Made by a program: the position numbers and the translations under genes
In this document: one piece after another, positions 1 to 10,368 of the stretch
Position numbering within the stretch: position 1 is the stretch's first letter
How the letters are laid out: each line of letters begins with the position of its first letter
Notes under the pieces: generated by a model
What the model saw: only the letters and a program-made list of their open reading frames with translations
Database searches by the model: none
What the model was told of the DNA's origin: nothing
Origin: Girardia tigrina
Lineage: Eukaryota
Reading direction: 5' to 3'
Length of the DNA: 49,201 nucleotides
NCBI GenBank assembly: GCA_001938485.1
Contig: MQRK01220026.1
Coordinates: forward strand, 15,576 to 64,776

Positions 1-615
1 ACACTACATAATTACTCAATATTATGACATCATTGCCTAACCATTGACCTACTTTTTGCATTGTGCACAATCCGTTTTATGAAATCCGCATTTCATACTT
101 GTACACCTAATATAAACAACAACGAAATCACTCATAAACACACCAATAATTTCCTGCAACAAATTTAAAAGAAGATTCCATGTAGAGTAAATTTATTTAA
201 ATTCTTTCCTTTTTATTTCTTTTTTCTTGAAGTTGAAGTCGAACTAAGTATCCTGGTATAGGAGAATAAGGTTCATTTGACTTTGAGAGTTTAACGGCTA
301 TCGTTCGTTTAGAAGATTTATAGTTTGAAAATTAATAAACTGTGATCTGATAAACTCGCATCGAATATCCGTTTGTGAATACGTTTATTGATACTATTGA
401 ATTGAACAATATAAAGCTGTATGCTATTTTGTGTTATTGGAAAATAAAGTTTTGCAAAAGAATTTGTGTTCATTCATTTATATATTTATATTGGAAGTCC
501 TTACTGATTAATTTGAGTCAGATTTGCAATTAAAGTTTAAAGAGTAAAGATTAAAAAAAAGATTTGTGTTTCTAAAAAGTAAATATTTAAGTTTAAAGAT
601 TTTTAATACCCAACA
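1..615 (+). repeat. LTR (3' or solo) running off the left edge; same family as 47023-47799
   Basis: Shares TATA, AATAAA and GAATTTGTGTTCATT...GGAAGTCCTT...GAGTCAGAT blocks and the end TAATACCCAACA with the solo LTR near 47 kb; no TGG PBS follows. Confidence 0.7.
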
Positions 616-758
616 AAATTTGAGTACTTTATATAGCACCTTGGAATTACATCCAATAAATCATTAATTTGCACTATGTCAATCGTGTTTATGCCATTTT
701 CGTTATAAGAAAATTTCGAATATATATTTATCGTAAAAATTTATTAATGATCATAATA

Positions 759-2046
759 CTAGGGTGTTTCAAATGTATTTTCGTTTTTTCACTCATATTT
801 TCAAGATAAAAAATCAGGTAAACAGAACACATTTAATCTTGAATAAACAGGCCTTTATTTTTGATGGTCCAGCAAGTTGCTCAAGTTCACGGGTATACTA
901 CTCTGTCTTTTTGAAAGCAAAGAAATGGTGGCACCCTTGCTTATCCTCTTCTACTGAATCGAACTACCACCATATGAGAAAATGTGCAATGTCTGAAAGA
1001 AGTGGTAATCGCTGGGGACAAGGTCGGGGATGTAGACAAGGTGTGGCAAAACTTCGATTTCCTGCAGCTCTTGCACTTTTCCACCGGTCAAACGTACAGT
1101 GTGTGCCGGAGCGTTATCATGTTGTAGAAGAACTCGACTGCGATTGACCAATGCCGAGTAATGCTCAAAGAGACTCTATACAGCTGCTGAGTGAAGAGGT
1201 TGGCATTTACAATTATCCCCTCCGGAACCAGCTCGAAGTGTATCATACCCTCAAAATTCCACCATAAACAGAGCATAACTTTGCATAACTGGCATACCAG
1301 GTAGAGCCACTGATTCTCCTTTTTGGAACTACGGAAAATATCCACTTTTTATCCCGTCACGATTCTCCTGAAGACATATCAAGATCATCTACAGTATTAT
1401 TATTACGATCTGCGCTACTGCTCATATATTCTGAACATCCACCAGCTGTTAACAGTTGTCACTAAAGAGCTACGACTGGCGAAGCGAATCCTTCTACTGT
1501 CGCCCATGAAGCAAGATACGGCTGGCTATCTTCGAGTTTTCAGTAATGAAAAAATTTCGCCATCGACGACAAGATCGATCAACAGAAAGATCGATATTTA
1601 TATTTAACCATTGATATTTGTTTATGGGAGTAAGCAAGCAATTCTTTGCAGAAATCAAGTCGTTGTTGTGCTTGAGTAACATTAAATTCATGAGGAATTT
1701 GTCGACACCGTCTTTTGAAAAGGCCAAGCTGATGAAAATGATGTTGAATAGTGGGTTGTGAAGGACTAATTTTTGCTGATAATCAACGCGTGTTGGCACA
1801 GAGCTACTCCTCCGCAGTTCGAAGCAGAGTATCAACATCAACAACAAATGGTCGCTCAGATCGAGTTTGGTCTTATTAAATTGACGTCACTATTTAGGAA
1901 ATGCTTGAATCAAAATTGTGGCACAAAAACACTGACTGTACCTTCACCTTCTACTTCACATATTTCCAGGGATGCAGCAGCTACTTTGAAGCTTTTTGTC
2001 AATAATCTCGCAAAAGGACTCGAATTGGGTTACTTTTGATCTCCAT
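759..2046 (-). mobile_element. Degenerate mariner (DD34D-type) transposase, interrupted by an insert of about 240 bp near 1373-1617
   Basis: Pieces in order: MEIKSNPIRVLL..EICEVEGEGTVS (HTH), QIPHEF, RIVTG, KVMLCLWWNFEG, LLQHDNAPAH, PDLVPSDYHFF; many stops and frameshifts. Confidence 0.85.
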
Positions 2047-3189
2047 AATCTGATAAGAATAAACAAATACAGGTTTAATAACTAAATCAAAACTATACAA
2101 GGAGGTTTTTCATTCAATAATAGAAAATAATATAAAAATCTATAACGCAAAAATAGAATACTCATATAAAATAAATGTCACAATGTAAGGCATAAAAAAA
2201 CTATTAAAAAATTTCTCGTTAATTTAATAATTTTACTAAAATCGATTTCTTAACAGTTAACAGTATAATTCACTAGAACCTATAACTTTATTTTATAATA
2301 CGGTGTGGGACAAACTATCCTTGATTTTATTTACAATTTAGGTTTTTTTCTGTGTGGGCTTTCATCAATTTCTTTATTTTTAAATAATATCAAAAATATA
2401 AAATCCAAAAAGAATGTAAGTTGTTATGTCATATAGATATAACAATTCATTGATTACACAATCACTGCTTGCCTATATATGCAGATTTACAATTCTTTTT
2501 TTCTTGAGAAATAACGATGACAATTATACCGTCGACATTATTTGTCTTCAAAATAATTTTTTTGGTTTTAAATAATTATTTAATTTTTGTTTGTTTTAAT
2601 TTCGAAATAATTGTTTACTTTTTTTTAATTTATAAATTTTTGGCAAAGCGAAAATTTTAACTAACTCCGCATACACTTCATGGATATTGGTGAATAAGAG
2701 GAACAGAAAAAACAATTTTCAATAAAAAAATATTTTGCTAGTTGTTTTTTTTATAATTATAAATTTTAATTTATTGATGGAACCATAAAGCACAAATGAA
2801 GAATTCAATTGTTTAATTATTTCAAATTCTAAAAATAAAAATAAGTTTGTTTAAATGCATTAAATAAACCATTTTTAATGTAAATCAAATTCAAATGTCC
2901 GATAAAAAGGTAATTTTTCCAAATATTGTTGTTGTGAATGTAAAAAGATCGAAAGATCAAAGAGTATTTCAACGTTAATTTTGAGTCTCATGAAATTATT
3001 ATAATGTCGATTAATTAATCAAATTTTTACACGAACATTTCGACATTTCAATGAGAAATATTTAAAATTTTTTAAGTTGAATTTTGTACTTGGGAATGTG
3101 TTCCTTCCTGATAGATACAAAATATTTATTCTGAAATATTATTAAATTAGTTCAATTTCAACTAATGCAGTTTTGTTGAGAGTTGTCTT

Positions 3190-4020
3190 GAGATAATACA
3201 AATTGTGACACTGGCTAGACAGTTTCTAGACATTTGAATGTTTCACTTTTTCGATATTCTATTTTCATGTCAAGAGTCTTGAGTTTCAAGACCACTCAGA
3301 AAATTTATCCATGTTTGAAACTGTGGTGTAATAGGGTTTTTCGTAGTCATCATAAAAGTGATACCTTTATGATTCATTCGTAACAAAAATCTTTTCCCAT
3401 ACAAAGAATGTTTAAAATGTTGCATGAAATAATAAATTGCAAGCAGTTCTTTCATTATTATATAATATCCAAGTTCGTGTTTATTCAATTTATGGGAACC
3501 GCTCATATTGTATCAAAACTTGTATTTGTATCGAGTATGAAGTCTATGACCAAATCAGGGTATGCCAAAATTAGTGTCTTAATCATTCTCTCTTTTAATT
3601 TTTGAAAAGCTTCATCACATTCTTCAGTCAAAATCAGTTTTTTATCTTTGTTCTTACCTCATAAGCCTTCTAAAACTTTTGCATATCTAGCGTAATCCTT
3701 TATGAATTTCCTGTAGTAATTCGTCAAACCCAAAAAGCTTCTTAAATGTTTGATACAGAACGGGTTTTAAAATTTTCTAATCGCATCAATCTTTCTTTTA
3801 TTTGTCTCATTACCTTCTTTGCTTATGACATATCCTAAAAATTTAGTTTTTTTCAACTAGGAATTGACATTTCTCTGGATTTATTCTCAAGCTGGATTCT
3901 TTAATTTTCTCAAATACTTTATGTACTCTTTGAAGATGTTCTTCTCAATCTTTTGCAAAAATTAAAATATCATCCAAATATACGACTGCTTCTTTCCAAT
4001 TCCAATCTCCCAGAACTTTC
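3190..4020 (-). mobile_element. Gypsy pol remnant (RT C-terminal half plus RNase H)
   Basis: YLDDILIF, INPEKCQF, FLGYVIS, LRSFLGLTNYYRKFIKDYA, KELLAIYYFMQHFKH; frameshifted. Confidence 0.85.
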
Positions 4021-4049
4021 CCTATTAATTCTTGAATTATCTATACAAA

Positions 4050-4650
4050 ATAAATGGTTAAGTAAAAAACTGAAAGAAACTTTAGTTCAACGCATTTATG
4101 AAAGACGGATAATATTCTCAGATTTATTTACTTTTTAATATAATCCAGACAGTTAAGTAAATGACAACGATGAATATTTTGAAATCTTCAATAAGAGGCC
4201 GAGGACAACTTTAACAAAACATATTATTGAATTGTTGGAACGTTAATATCTAGTGGAAAAATAATTAAATACTGCTGGGGATTTACCAGTTCAAATCATT
4301 AACAGTCCAGAGACTGCGCAGCCATCTGAATCAGAAAATTTTTCAATAAAGGAAAAATTGCATTTAAAGATTTAAAGAAACATTTCTTCAACTGATAGCA
4401 CAGAAGCTGAAAGGCTCCAACAAAATATCAAAAAAAAATTCTCAAAACAGAACTAAAACTGTTTATGGAGCAAAATACTAGAGAAAAACATTTGTAATTT
4501 TTACAACAAGCTCTATTGACAATCGCTCCATTAAATATTGAAACGGAGAGACCCTTTTCTGTTATGAGTTTGTTTTGTACTAAGATAAGATCCAGAATAA
4601 TTGAGTCTACTTTGGATTGTTTGTTCTTCTTGCGCCCATATTTTTTCGAA
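4050..4650 (+). mobile_element. hAT transposase C-terminal remnant
   Basis: LTIAPLNIETERPFSVMSLFCTKIRSRI..STLDCLFFL resembles the hAT dimerisation motif (ER.FS...R.RL). Confidence 0.6.
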
Positions 4651-4759
4651 TCAATATATGGGGTTGAGGAATAAGTTCCCGCCGTTTTTTGAAAAATTTA
4701 AAGATTTTATTTTTTAACAAAAAAGTTACTACAAATTAATCACAAATATAATCTCCATC

Positions 4760-5330
4760 ATTGTTCACGACTTCTTCCCAACGTTCAACGAGTTTTTCAA
4801 TGCCTCTTTGGTAGAAATCGCCCGGTCTTGACTGGAATTCCAAATTACCAAAGGTTTTTGCTTATCGTTACAGAAGCCTTGACAAAAAATGCCTTTGTCA
4901 AACGAGATTTTACCTTTTTTTGTCCTTATATCTGATTCATTGCAAGCGTTGCGTTTGAGTTCAAAGAAAGAACAAACCACTTTCGTCAAAGGTGTTGATA
5001 TAATCTAACGTAAATTTAGATAACTGCTGCTGAAGAAACGTATGTGCTGCATCTATTGTCTCTAGTGGAACACTTGCTACTTCCCTATGCTTTTTGTATG
5101 ACTTTATTCTATGATGCTGCGTGAACTTTTGTAGCCGTCCATGACTATAATGTAAGAAGTCTATTTGTAAGCGTTCCCCAGGTTCCCGAGCTTTCTGTAC
5201 AACAACATCATCGCTAATTGTAGCACCATTCTCCCACATTCCTGTAAACCATAACAGCAATGGATCTTCTAATTGCTGGAATTCGAACCCTCTATTTCGT
5301 GAAGAAGTAGAAACGGATTCAGATATGGAT
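4760..5330 (-). mobile_element. pogo/Tigger transposase remnant (CENP-B HTH plus first DDE Asp)
   Basis: LLWF...ISDDVVVQKA...YSHGRLQKF..HHRIK...FDESGLF. Confidence 0.8.
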
Positions 5331-5503
5331 ATATTATATATTATTTTTTTAATAAACCAATGAATTTATTTTTAAAATAATTACATGTTTTTATTTTTTG
5401 ATTAATTATTTTCTTAAAAATTTAATATATGACTTAAAATATATTTTGAATAATTTTAAAGTGGATTGTTACTAATTTGAAATAAACTCAACAAAAAATA
5501 TTA

Positions 5504-5583
5504 ATCCCTCTGTCCGAAAATAAGAGTTCCATTTCATTCGAAATTTCCTAATGAAAGGGACTCTTATTTTTGGACAGAGGGAG
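5504..5583. mobile_element. 80-bp Stowaway-like MITE (Tc1/mariner superfamily)
   Basis: TIRs (A)TCCCTCTGTCCGAAAATAAGAG and CTCTTATTTTTGGACAGAGGGAG, TA on both sides; nearly a full hairpin. Confidence 0.75.
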
Positions 5584-5702
5584 TAATATTTTTGAAAAAT
5601 TATTCATTAATTTAATTATTTTCAAAAGTTCAATTGTATTTTATACATAATTTTTACAGATTCGCTTAGTAGTATTTATGTAAGATTTTTTCAACCCATC
5701 AG

Positions 5703-5969
5703 TATGTGAAACCAAATCTCCCCACACCCTCTACCACTACTTCATCACCCACAACACTCTCAAAACTTCCTCATCTACCTTCCACAGCCAACAAGGGAAC
5801 CCATTCAACAAAATATAAATAACCTGACATCATAAGCGCAACAAAAATCACAGAAGAATATAAAACATCACGCTTTTCATTCGATGGTAAAGTATAAAAA
5901 ACATAAAACTCTTAATTAATGTTCAATATTTACAGAAAAATCAACAAAAACTCTTCATGTCACACCATA
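5703..5969 (+). pseudogene. Possible 3' exons of a Thr/Ser/Pro-rich gene with an in-frame TAA
   Basis: cag|YVKPNLPTPSTTTSSPTTLSK...KYK*PDIISATK...FSFD, a 49-nt GT-AG intron (5887-5935), then EKSTKTLHVTP*. No family recognised. Confidence 0.3.
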
Positions 5970-7171
5970 AAGCAACAGAAGAATAAAAAATATGAAATAA
6001 AGATTAAAAAGATTTAAAAATTCAGAACATTTATCTTTTCTTTTCATTTCTACTTTAACAATCTTCTTTTATTGCAAATCTCATCGATATTACTATTCAA
6101 CGACATAATAAATTTATTGAAATTATTTTCAAACGAATTATGTTTATCTTTGAATCGTATAAATTCTATTGAAGTTCAAAGTCACGTTCTTTAATGATTA
6201 GTTATTTAAATTTGATTATTTTCGTTGCGTTGCATAAATTATGTACTTATCATAAATATGCTAATTGAAATTCTTGATAATGTACAATACTTTCCTTTTC
6301 ATGAATTCAAATTTAAAATAAATAAATGATCGCAGATTATTGAAGTGTTATGGCATGACCTATCTAAATGACCAATCGTATCATTCAGTTCAAAAATAAT
6401 ACTAGATTACACAACACATTTTGTAAAAATACACCAGGCACCAAAAATTACAAAAATACGATATCAGTTTATATTTTATCACTCGAACTGTTCGATTTTT
6501 TATACGTCAAGAATCATTACGAATCATTTGTGATACAACGTCATTGAAAAAATTTAGATTCACCATAATTTTTCATTCAAATTGATTTATTTTTAAAATT
6601 TTGATCACGTATCAAAATCCTTTTTAATTGGCTTTTTGAAAAATTCATCAAATTCAAAACAAAAATATTTTTAATTGATTCATTTAAACAAAGTTCTTAC
6701 CATTCTAATTTCTTTTTGTTACATTTGATAAATAAAAATAATAACATACAATGATACACAAATAATTGAAATATTTTAAACACATACTCAAAAACACGTA
6801 CAAATCATCACACCAGATTATTCATGTTAAGAACATTGAGACAATTTTCATTTGAATATTTATTATTATCAAATTATGAGTCATCACAAATCTCGGAAGA
6901 CCATTCAACATTTGACATTGTTCTAATTGTTTTTTATTTCTACTTTTAATCTTGATTATTCGAACAAATTTTTAAATCTTTTTAAAATATTTAATATCTA
7001 AAAATGTTAATTAAAAATAATAATTTTAACCATTTCTTTATAAAAACTCAAAATAATAATGTTATCAAATTGTGAAAAATGAATTGAGATTTAAATTTTA
7101 TTAGTTTTATTTATATCTAATTAAATGCTTTTCTTTTTTTAAAAAATGTTAAACTTGATGTTAAACTGAAT

Positions 7172-7283
7172 GTCAAACCGCAGTTGGGTACGTCAGATCT
7201 CGTTCGATCTCCGAAGTTAAGCAACCAACGACCAAGTTAGTACTTATTTTAGTAACCGATAGGGAAATCGCGCGGCCATTGAC
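7172..7283 (+). ncRNA. Divergent 5S rRNA-derived sequence (SINE3 head or 5S pseudogene)
   Basis: GATCTCGTTCGATCTCCGAAGTTAAGCA...GTTAGTACTT...ACCG.TAGGGAA matches the 5S core. Helix II pairing GTTGG/CCAAC is kept, the helix I 5' strand is eroded, and there is no oligo-T terminator. Confidence 0.75.
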
Positions 7284-7607
7284 TACAGGTCAGGTCAGGC
7301 AATCTGTCTGCTACAGGTACCATGTAAACCTGTAATACATGTCCCATGGTTGAACAGTTGGCGACTAAAGCGGCTCCCTCACCCAGAGCAACCTGTGTGA
7401 AGAGGTGTGTGGACACCTAGCAGGATAAAAAACAAAACCTAGCAAAGGGCGGACGAGCTCCTTGGAGCCAACGGTCATCCATACCTGGAGAGGAGATAGG
7501 TGCCACCAGGTTTCTTGCCTACTGAGACATTCAAAAAATATGCAAACCCAAGCCATATACTTGTGCATAATTGAGTGCACCCACGGCCCAACGGCTATGG
7601 TACCTAC
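7172..7607 (+). mobile_element. Candidate 5S-derived SINE (SINE3) with a GC-richer body
   Basis: The 5S head runs directly into about 320 nt of non-coding, GC-richer sequence within an AT-rich background. Confidence 0.5.
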
Positions 7608-7840
7608 GATACACATTCTCAGCTCTGCAAACGAATCGAAGAACACAATCAAACTTATGGTAAGAGTAATATTACTGAACATAGAAAGAAGTGTAAAAGT
7701 AGTTTTGAGATAAATAATTTCTACTTGTTCTGTGTTCAAATTAGTTAGTTCTGTGTTTAAATTTTGCAAATTATTGGGAGAGAGTTGTGTGTGAGGCTTT
7801 ATTAATCAGGACCCCAAATCCTAAAATAAATGTTCAAGCG
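7608..7840 (+). mobile_element. Penelope-like element remnant, C-terminal part of GIY-YIG endonuclease
   Basis: THSQLCKRIEEHNQ..KSNITEHRKKC...F and RVVCEA.LIR..NPKINVQ fit the PLE GIY-YIG pattern R..EH...H...C...EAL.I...P.IN.Q. Confidence 0.65.
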
Positions 7841-8602
7841 ACAATCACAACCAATTTATTAAAAGTAATTTATTTTTGTCCAATGACTTTTGGCTAATTA
7901 ATTTTTTTATTGGGTTTTAAGTTTGTTTGAAACTTTAATTGTAGTATTTCCAAGGTTCAACCAAACCTTGATTAAGTACAATATGATGAGTGACGGTTTA
8001 GACAGATAATAATATATGTATTTGAACCAAATTTTCGTACTTTTCAATATATTATTGTATATTTTATGCATCCGTAGTCTATAGTTGACACAGTGTCAAT
8101 GACACTTATTGAATTTGATCAAATCTCATTAAAATACAGTTATTATAGCTTATTTTTAAAATGTTTTAGATATCATACATCCATTGTTATATAACATTTA
8201 ACTTATTAATTATTTTTATGTAGAATTCATATTTTAGTAGTTTTGTGAGTTTTGAAAATTTACTTGAAATGGAAAATATCAAAATCTGTAAAAATAATTA
8301 CAGTAATGATTATAATTTTAAAGATAGCATTAATCGGAATTTTCGTTTTTAAGGGGTATATACTCAGTTTTCTTTACTAAGAAAATCGGGTCTTCACTGA
8401 CTTGTATAATATTTAATCGCAAAAACATTATTAAAAGGAATCTTGATGGAAGTTTCCTTGCCCATGGTTTTATGATAATTTCATGACTTTGGCGCACTCT
8501 TAAAATTTTTGAATATTTAAAATGAGAAAATATCTAAAATCAAAAGTTTTTGAAAATAATTATAATTAAAAATATTAAAAAGTGAACGCCATTTTTCACA
8601 AT

Positions 8603-8656
8603 TTATTTTCGTAATTAATTTCGGCGGATTACCCGCCATCTTCAGACTAAATTAAC
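8603..8656 (-). ncRNA. Minimal type I hammerhead ribozyme in PLE pLTR, intact core
   Basis: GUUAAUUUAGU-CUGAAGA-U-GGCGG(GUAAU)CCGCC-GAA-AUUAAU-U-ACGAAAAUAA: core, stem II, palindromic stem III and imperfect stem I. Confidence 0.75.
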
Positions 8657-9052
8657 ACTGGCTTTTTGCAGCTTATATATGAGAAAGGTGATTATGCAAT
8701 CAATCATGAATGCCCATGAAAGTTTAAATAAATTAACAAGTTTATTAAATAAGAATGGATGGTCAAAATCATTTATCGAAAAATTAACTCATCAAACTTT
8801 AGATAAAATATTAAATGAGTCAAATAGTAATAATAAAAATCTTAATAATACGATTCCTCAAACCATTTCCCCCTAATACAAATTATAACCCACTTGAATC
8901 AAGGTACATCTTATCGATTCCTTATTCAGAGGATTTTAAACATTTAAAATCATCAATTTTGAAAAGTTTGATCCCAAATACCATGAATCTAAAAATTATT
9001 TCCCAATCACATAAAATTCGTGATATGTTCAGTAATAAATCTCCCACTCCTC

Positions 9053-9400
9053 NNNNNNNNNNNNNNNNNNNNNNNNNNNNNNNNNNNNNNNNNNNNNNNN
9101 NNNNNNNNNNNNNNNNNNNNNNNNNNNNNNNNNNNNNNNNNNNNNNNNNNNNNNNNNNNNNNNNNNNNNNNNNNNNNNNNNNNNNNNNNNNNNNNNNNNN
9201 NNNNNNNNNNNNNNNNNNNNNNNNNNNNNNNNNNNNNNNNNNNNNNNNNNNNNNNNNNNNNNNNNNNNNNNNNNNNNNNNNNNNNNNNNNNNNNNNNNNN
9301 NNNNNNNNNNNNNNNNNNNNNNNNNNNNNNNNNNNNNNNNNNNNNNNNNNNNNNNNNNNNNNNNNNNNNNNNNNNNNNNNNNNNNNNNNNNNNNNNNNNN
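9053..9400. other. Assembly gap (others at 14880-14929 and 18226-18559)
   Basis: N runs. Confidence 1.
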
Positions 9401-9427
9401 CTCATATATAAGCTGCAAAAAGCCAGT

Positions 9428-9481
9428 GTTAATTTAGTTTGAAGATGGCGGGTAATCCGCCGAAATTAATTACGAAAATAA
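9428..9481 (+). ncRNA. Second hammerhead copy with a C3-to-U change (UUGAAGA)
   Basis: Identical to the inverted copy except tttgaaga versus tctgaaga. Confidence 0.6.
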
Positions 9482-9597
9482 ATTGTGAAAAATGGCGTTC
9501 ACTTTTTAATAATGAATATAAATTGCCATTATTTTTTAAATTACTTAATTAAAAATATCTCTAATTAATTTAGAAAAAAAATAAGTTTTGTGTTTTA

Positions 9598-10100
9598 ATG
9601 AATTCTTTTCTTGACCAAGAACCCGACATTGCGACCATAGCTAGCAGGTTGGAACAATTGATTTCGAGACTCCTACCAGAAAGATACAGGAGACAAGATA
9701 ACATCGAAAGTTTTATAGTGGCTTGTTTTAAAGTAGCAAAAATACCAGAAAATATCCAAAAAATATTGGTAATTGGTTTATTATCATACGAGCTTCAGCC
9801 AGTATATGAGAGCGTATCAGCAGAAATTAAAGGATACGAAGCTCGATTGAGAGAGGCTTTTCGGAAGAAAAGCACGTTAAAAGAAGATTTAGAAGAGGCG
9901 ATAAACTTCGAAAGGTCAGAAGAATCTGTCGAGGAGTATTTTACAAAGGCAAGGAAGCTAGCAGAAAAACTGGCAAAACATAAATGGACAGTATTAGAAA
10001 TTGAAAGGTACCTTCTGATTCACGGTTCAAAAGATAGTGACGTAAAGAAAGAAATCAGATTCAGAGAAGTGAAAGAAATAACATAGGTGAAGGATGTCAA
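9598..10100 (+). mobile_element. Gypsy 5' fragment: LTR end, degenerate PBS and gag N-terminal domain
   Basis: ...GACA|TTGCGACC, then a gag-like ORF (PERYRRQDNIESFI...ESVEEYF) similar to the gag ORFs at 19436 and 25720. Confidence 0.7.
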
Positions 10101-10327
10101 TCAATTGTCTTTTAATAATTTATTGTACTTTTCGTGGAAAAATGTGAATGTATTTTAATTTTTCTAAATCAAACTTTATGGTATTTTACCAAAAATGAAG
10201 AGTGTTTTAATTGTTATCACATATGGTCTGTGAAGTATTTGACGATTGAACTTTATCAGTTTATTAATTCAATGTTGATCACATTATAACTTGATTATGT
10301 CAAATATTACCGATATTTTTTTTTCAG

Positions 10328-10368
10328 GATTTATTGAAAAGCATTAATAGTTTATCATCTGATGGCAG
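10328..10368 (+). CDS. MFSD8: MFSD8 exon (DLLKSINSLSSDG); first exon I can see
   Basis: Acceptor ttttcag; donor GGCAG|gtagtt, phase 2; joins the next exon as AG+T (Ser). Confidence 0.6.

Larger units (their letters stand above)
8573..9511 (+). mobile_element. 5'-truncated Penelope-like retroelement with inverted pLTR copy
   Basis: Inverted repeats of about 110 bp (8573-8683 and 9401-9511). The internal ORF (KNGWSKSFI...SIPYSE...KIRDMFSNKSP) resembles the PLE RT-thumb/linker preceding GIY-YIG; the rest is in the gap. Confidence 0.75.

Noticed and set aside
7172-7283. Functional 5S rRNA gene
   Set aside because: Helix I 5' strand is incomplete, there is no terminator, and it is not in a tandem array.
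7300-7380. HDV-like ribozyme in the SINE body
   Set aside because: I could not build a consistent P1-P4 double pseudoknot by eye.
9007-9442. X-rich ORFs across gaps (also 18113-18724, 18198-18656)
   Set aside because: Artefacts of N runs.
9598-10086. Domesticated gag gene upstream of MFSD8
   Set aside because: Truncated, its probable start is mutated (ATT), and related degenerate copies lie nearby; no evidence of domestication.
10195-10327. MFSD8 start codon candidates (ATG 10223 followed by GT; ATG 10297)
   Set aside because: 10297 is out of frame, and 10223 is possible but unsupported; left unresolved.
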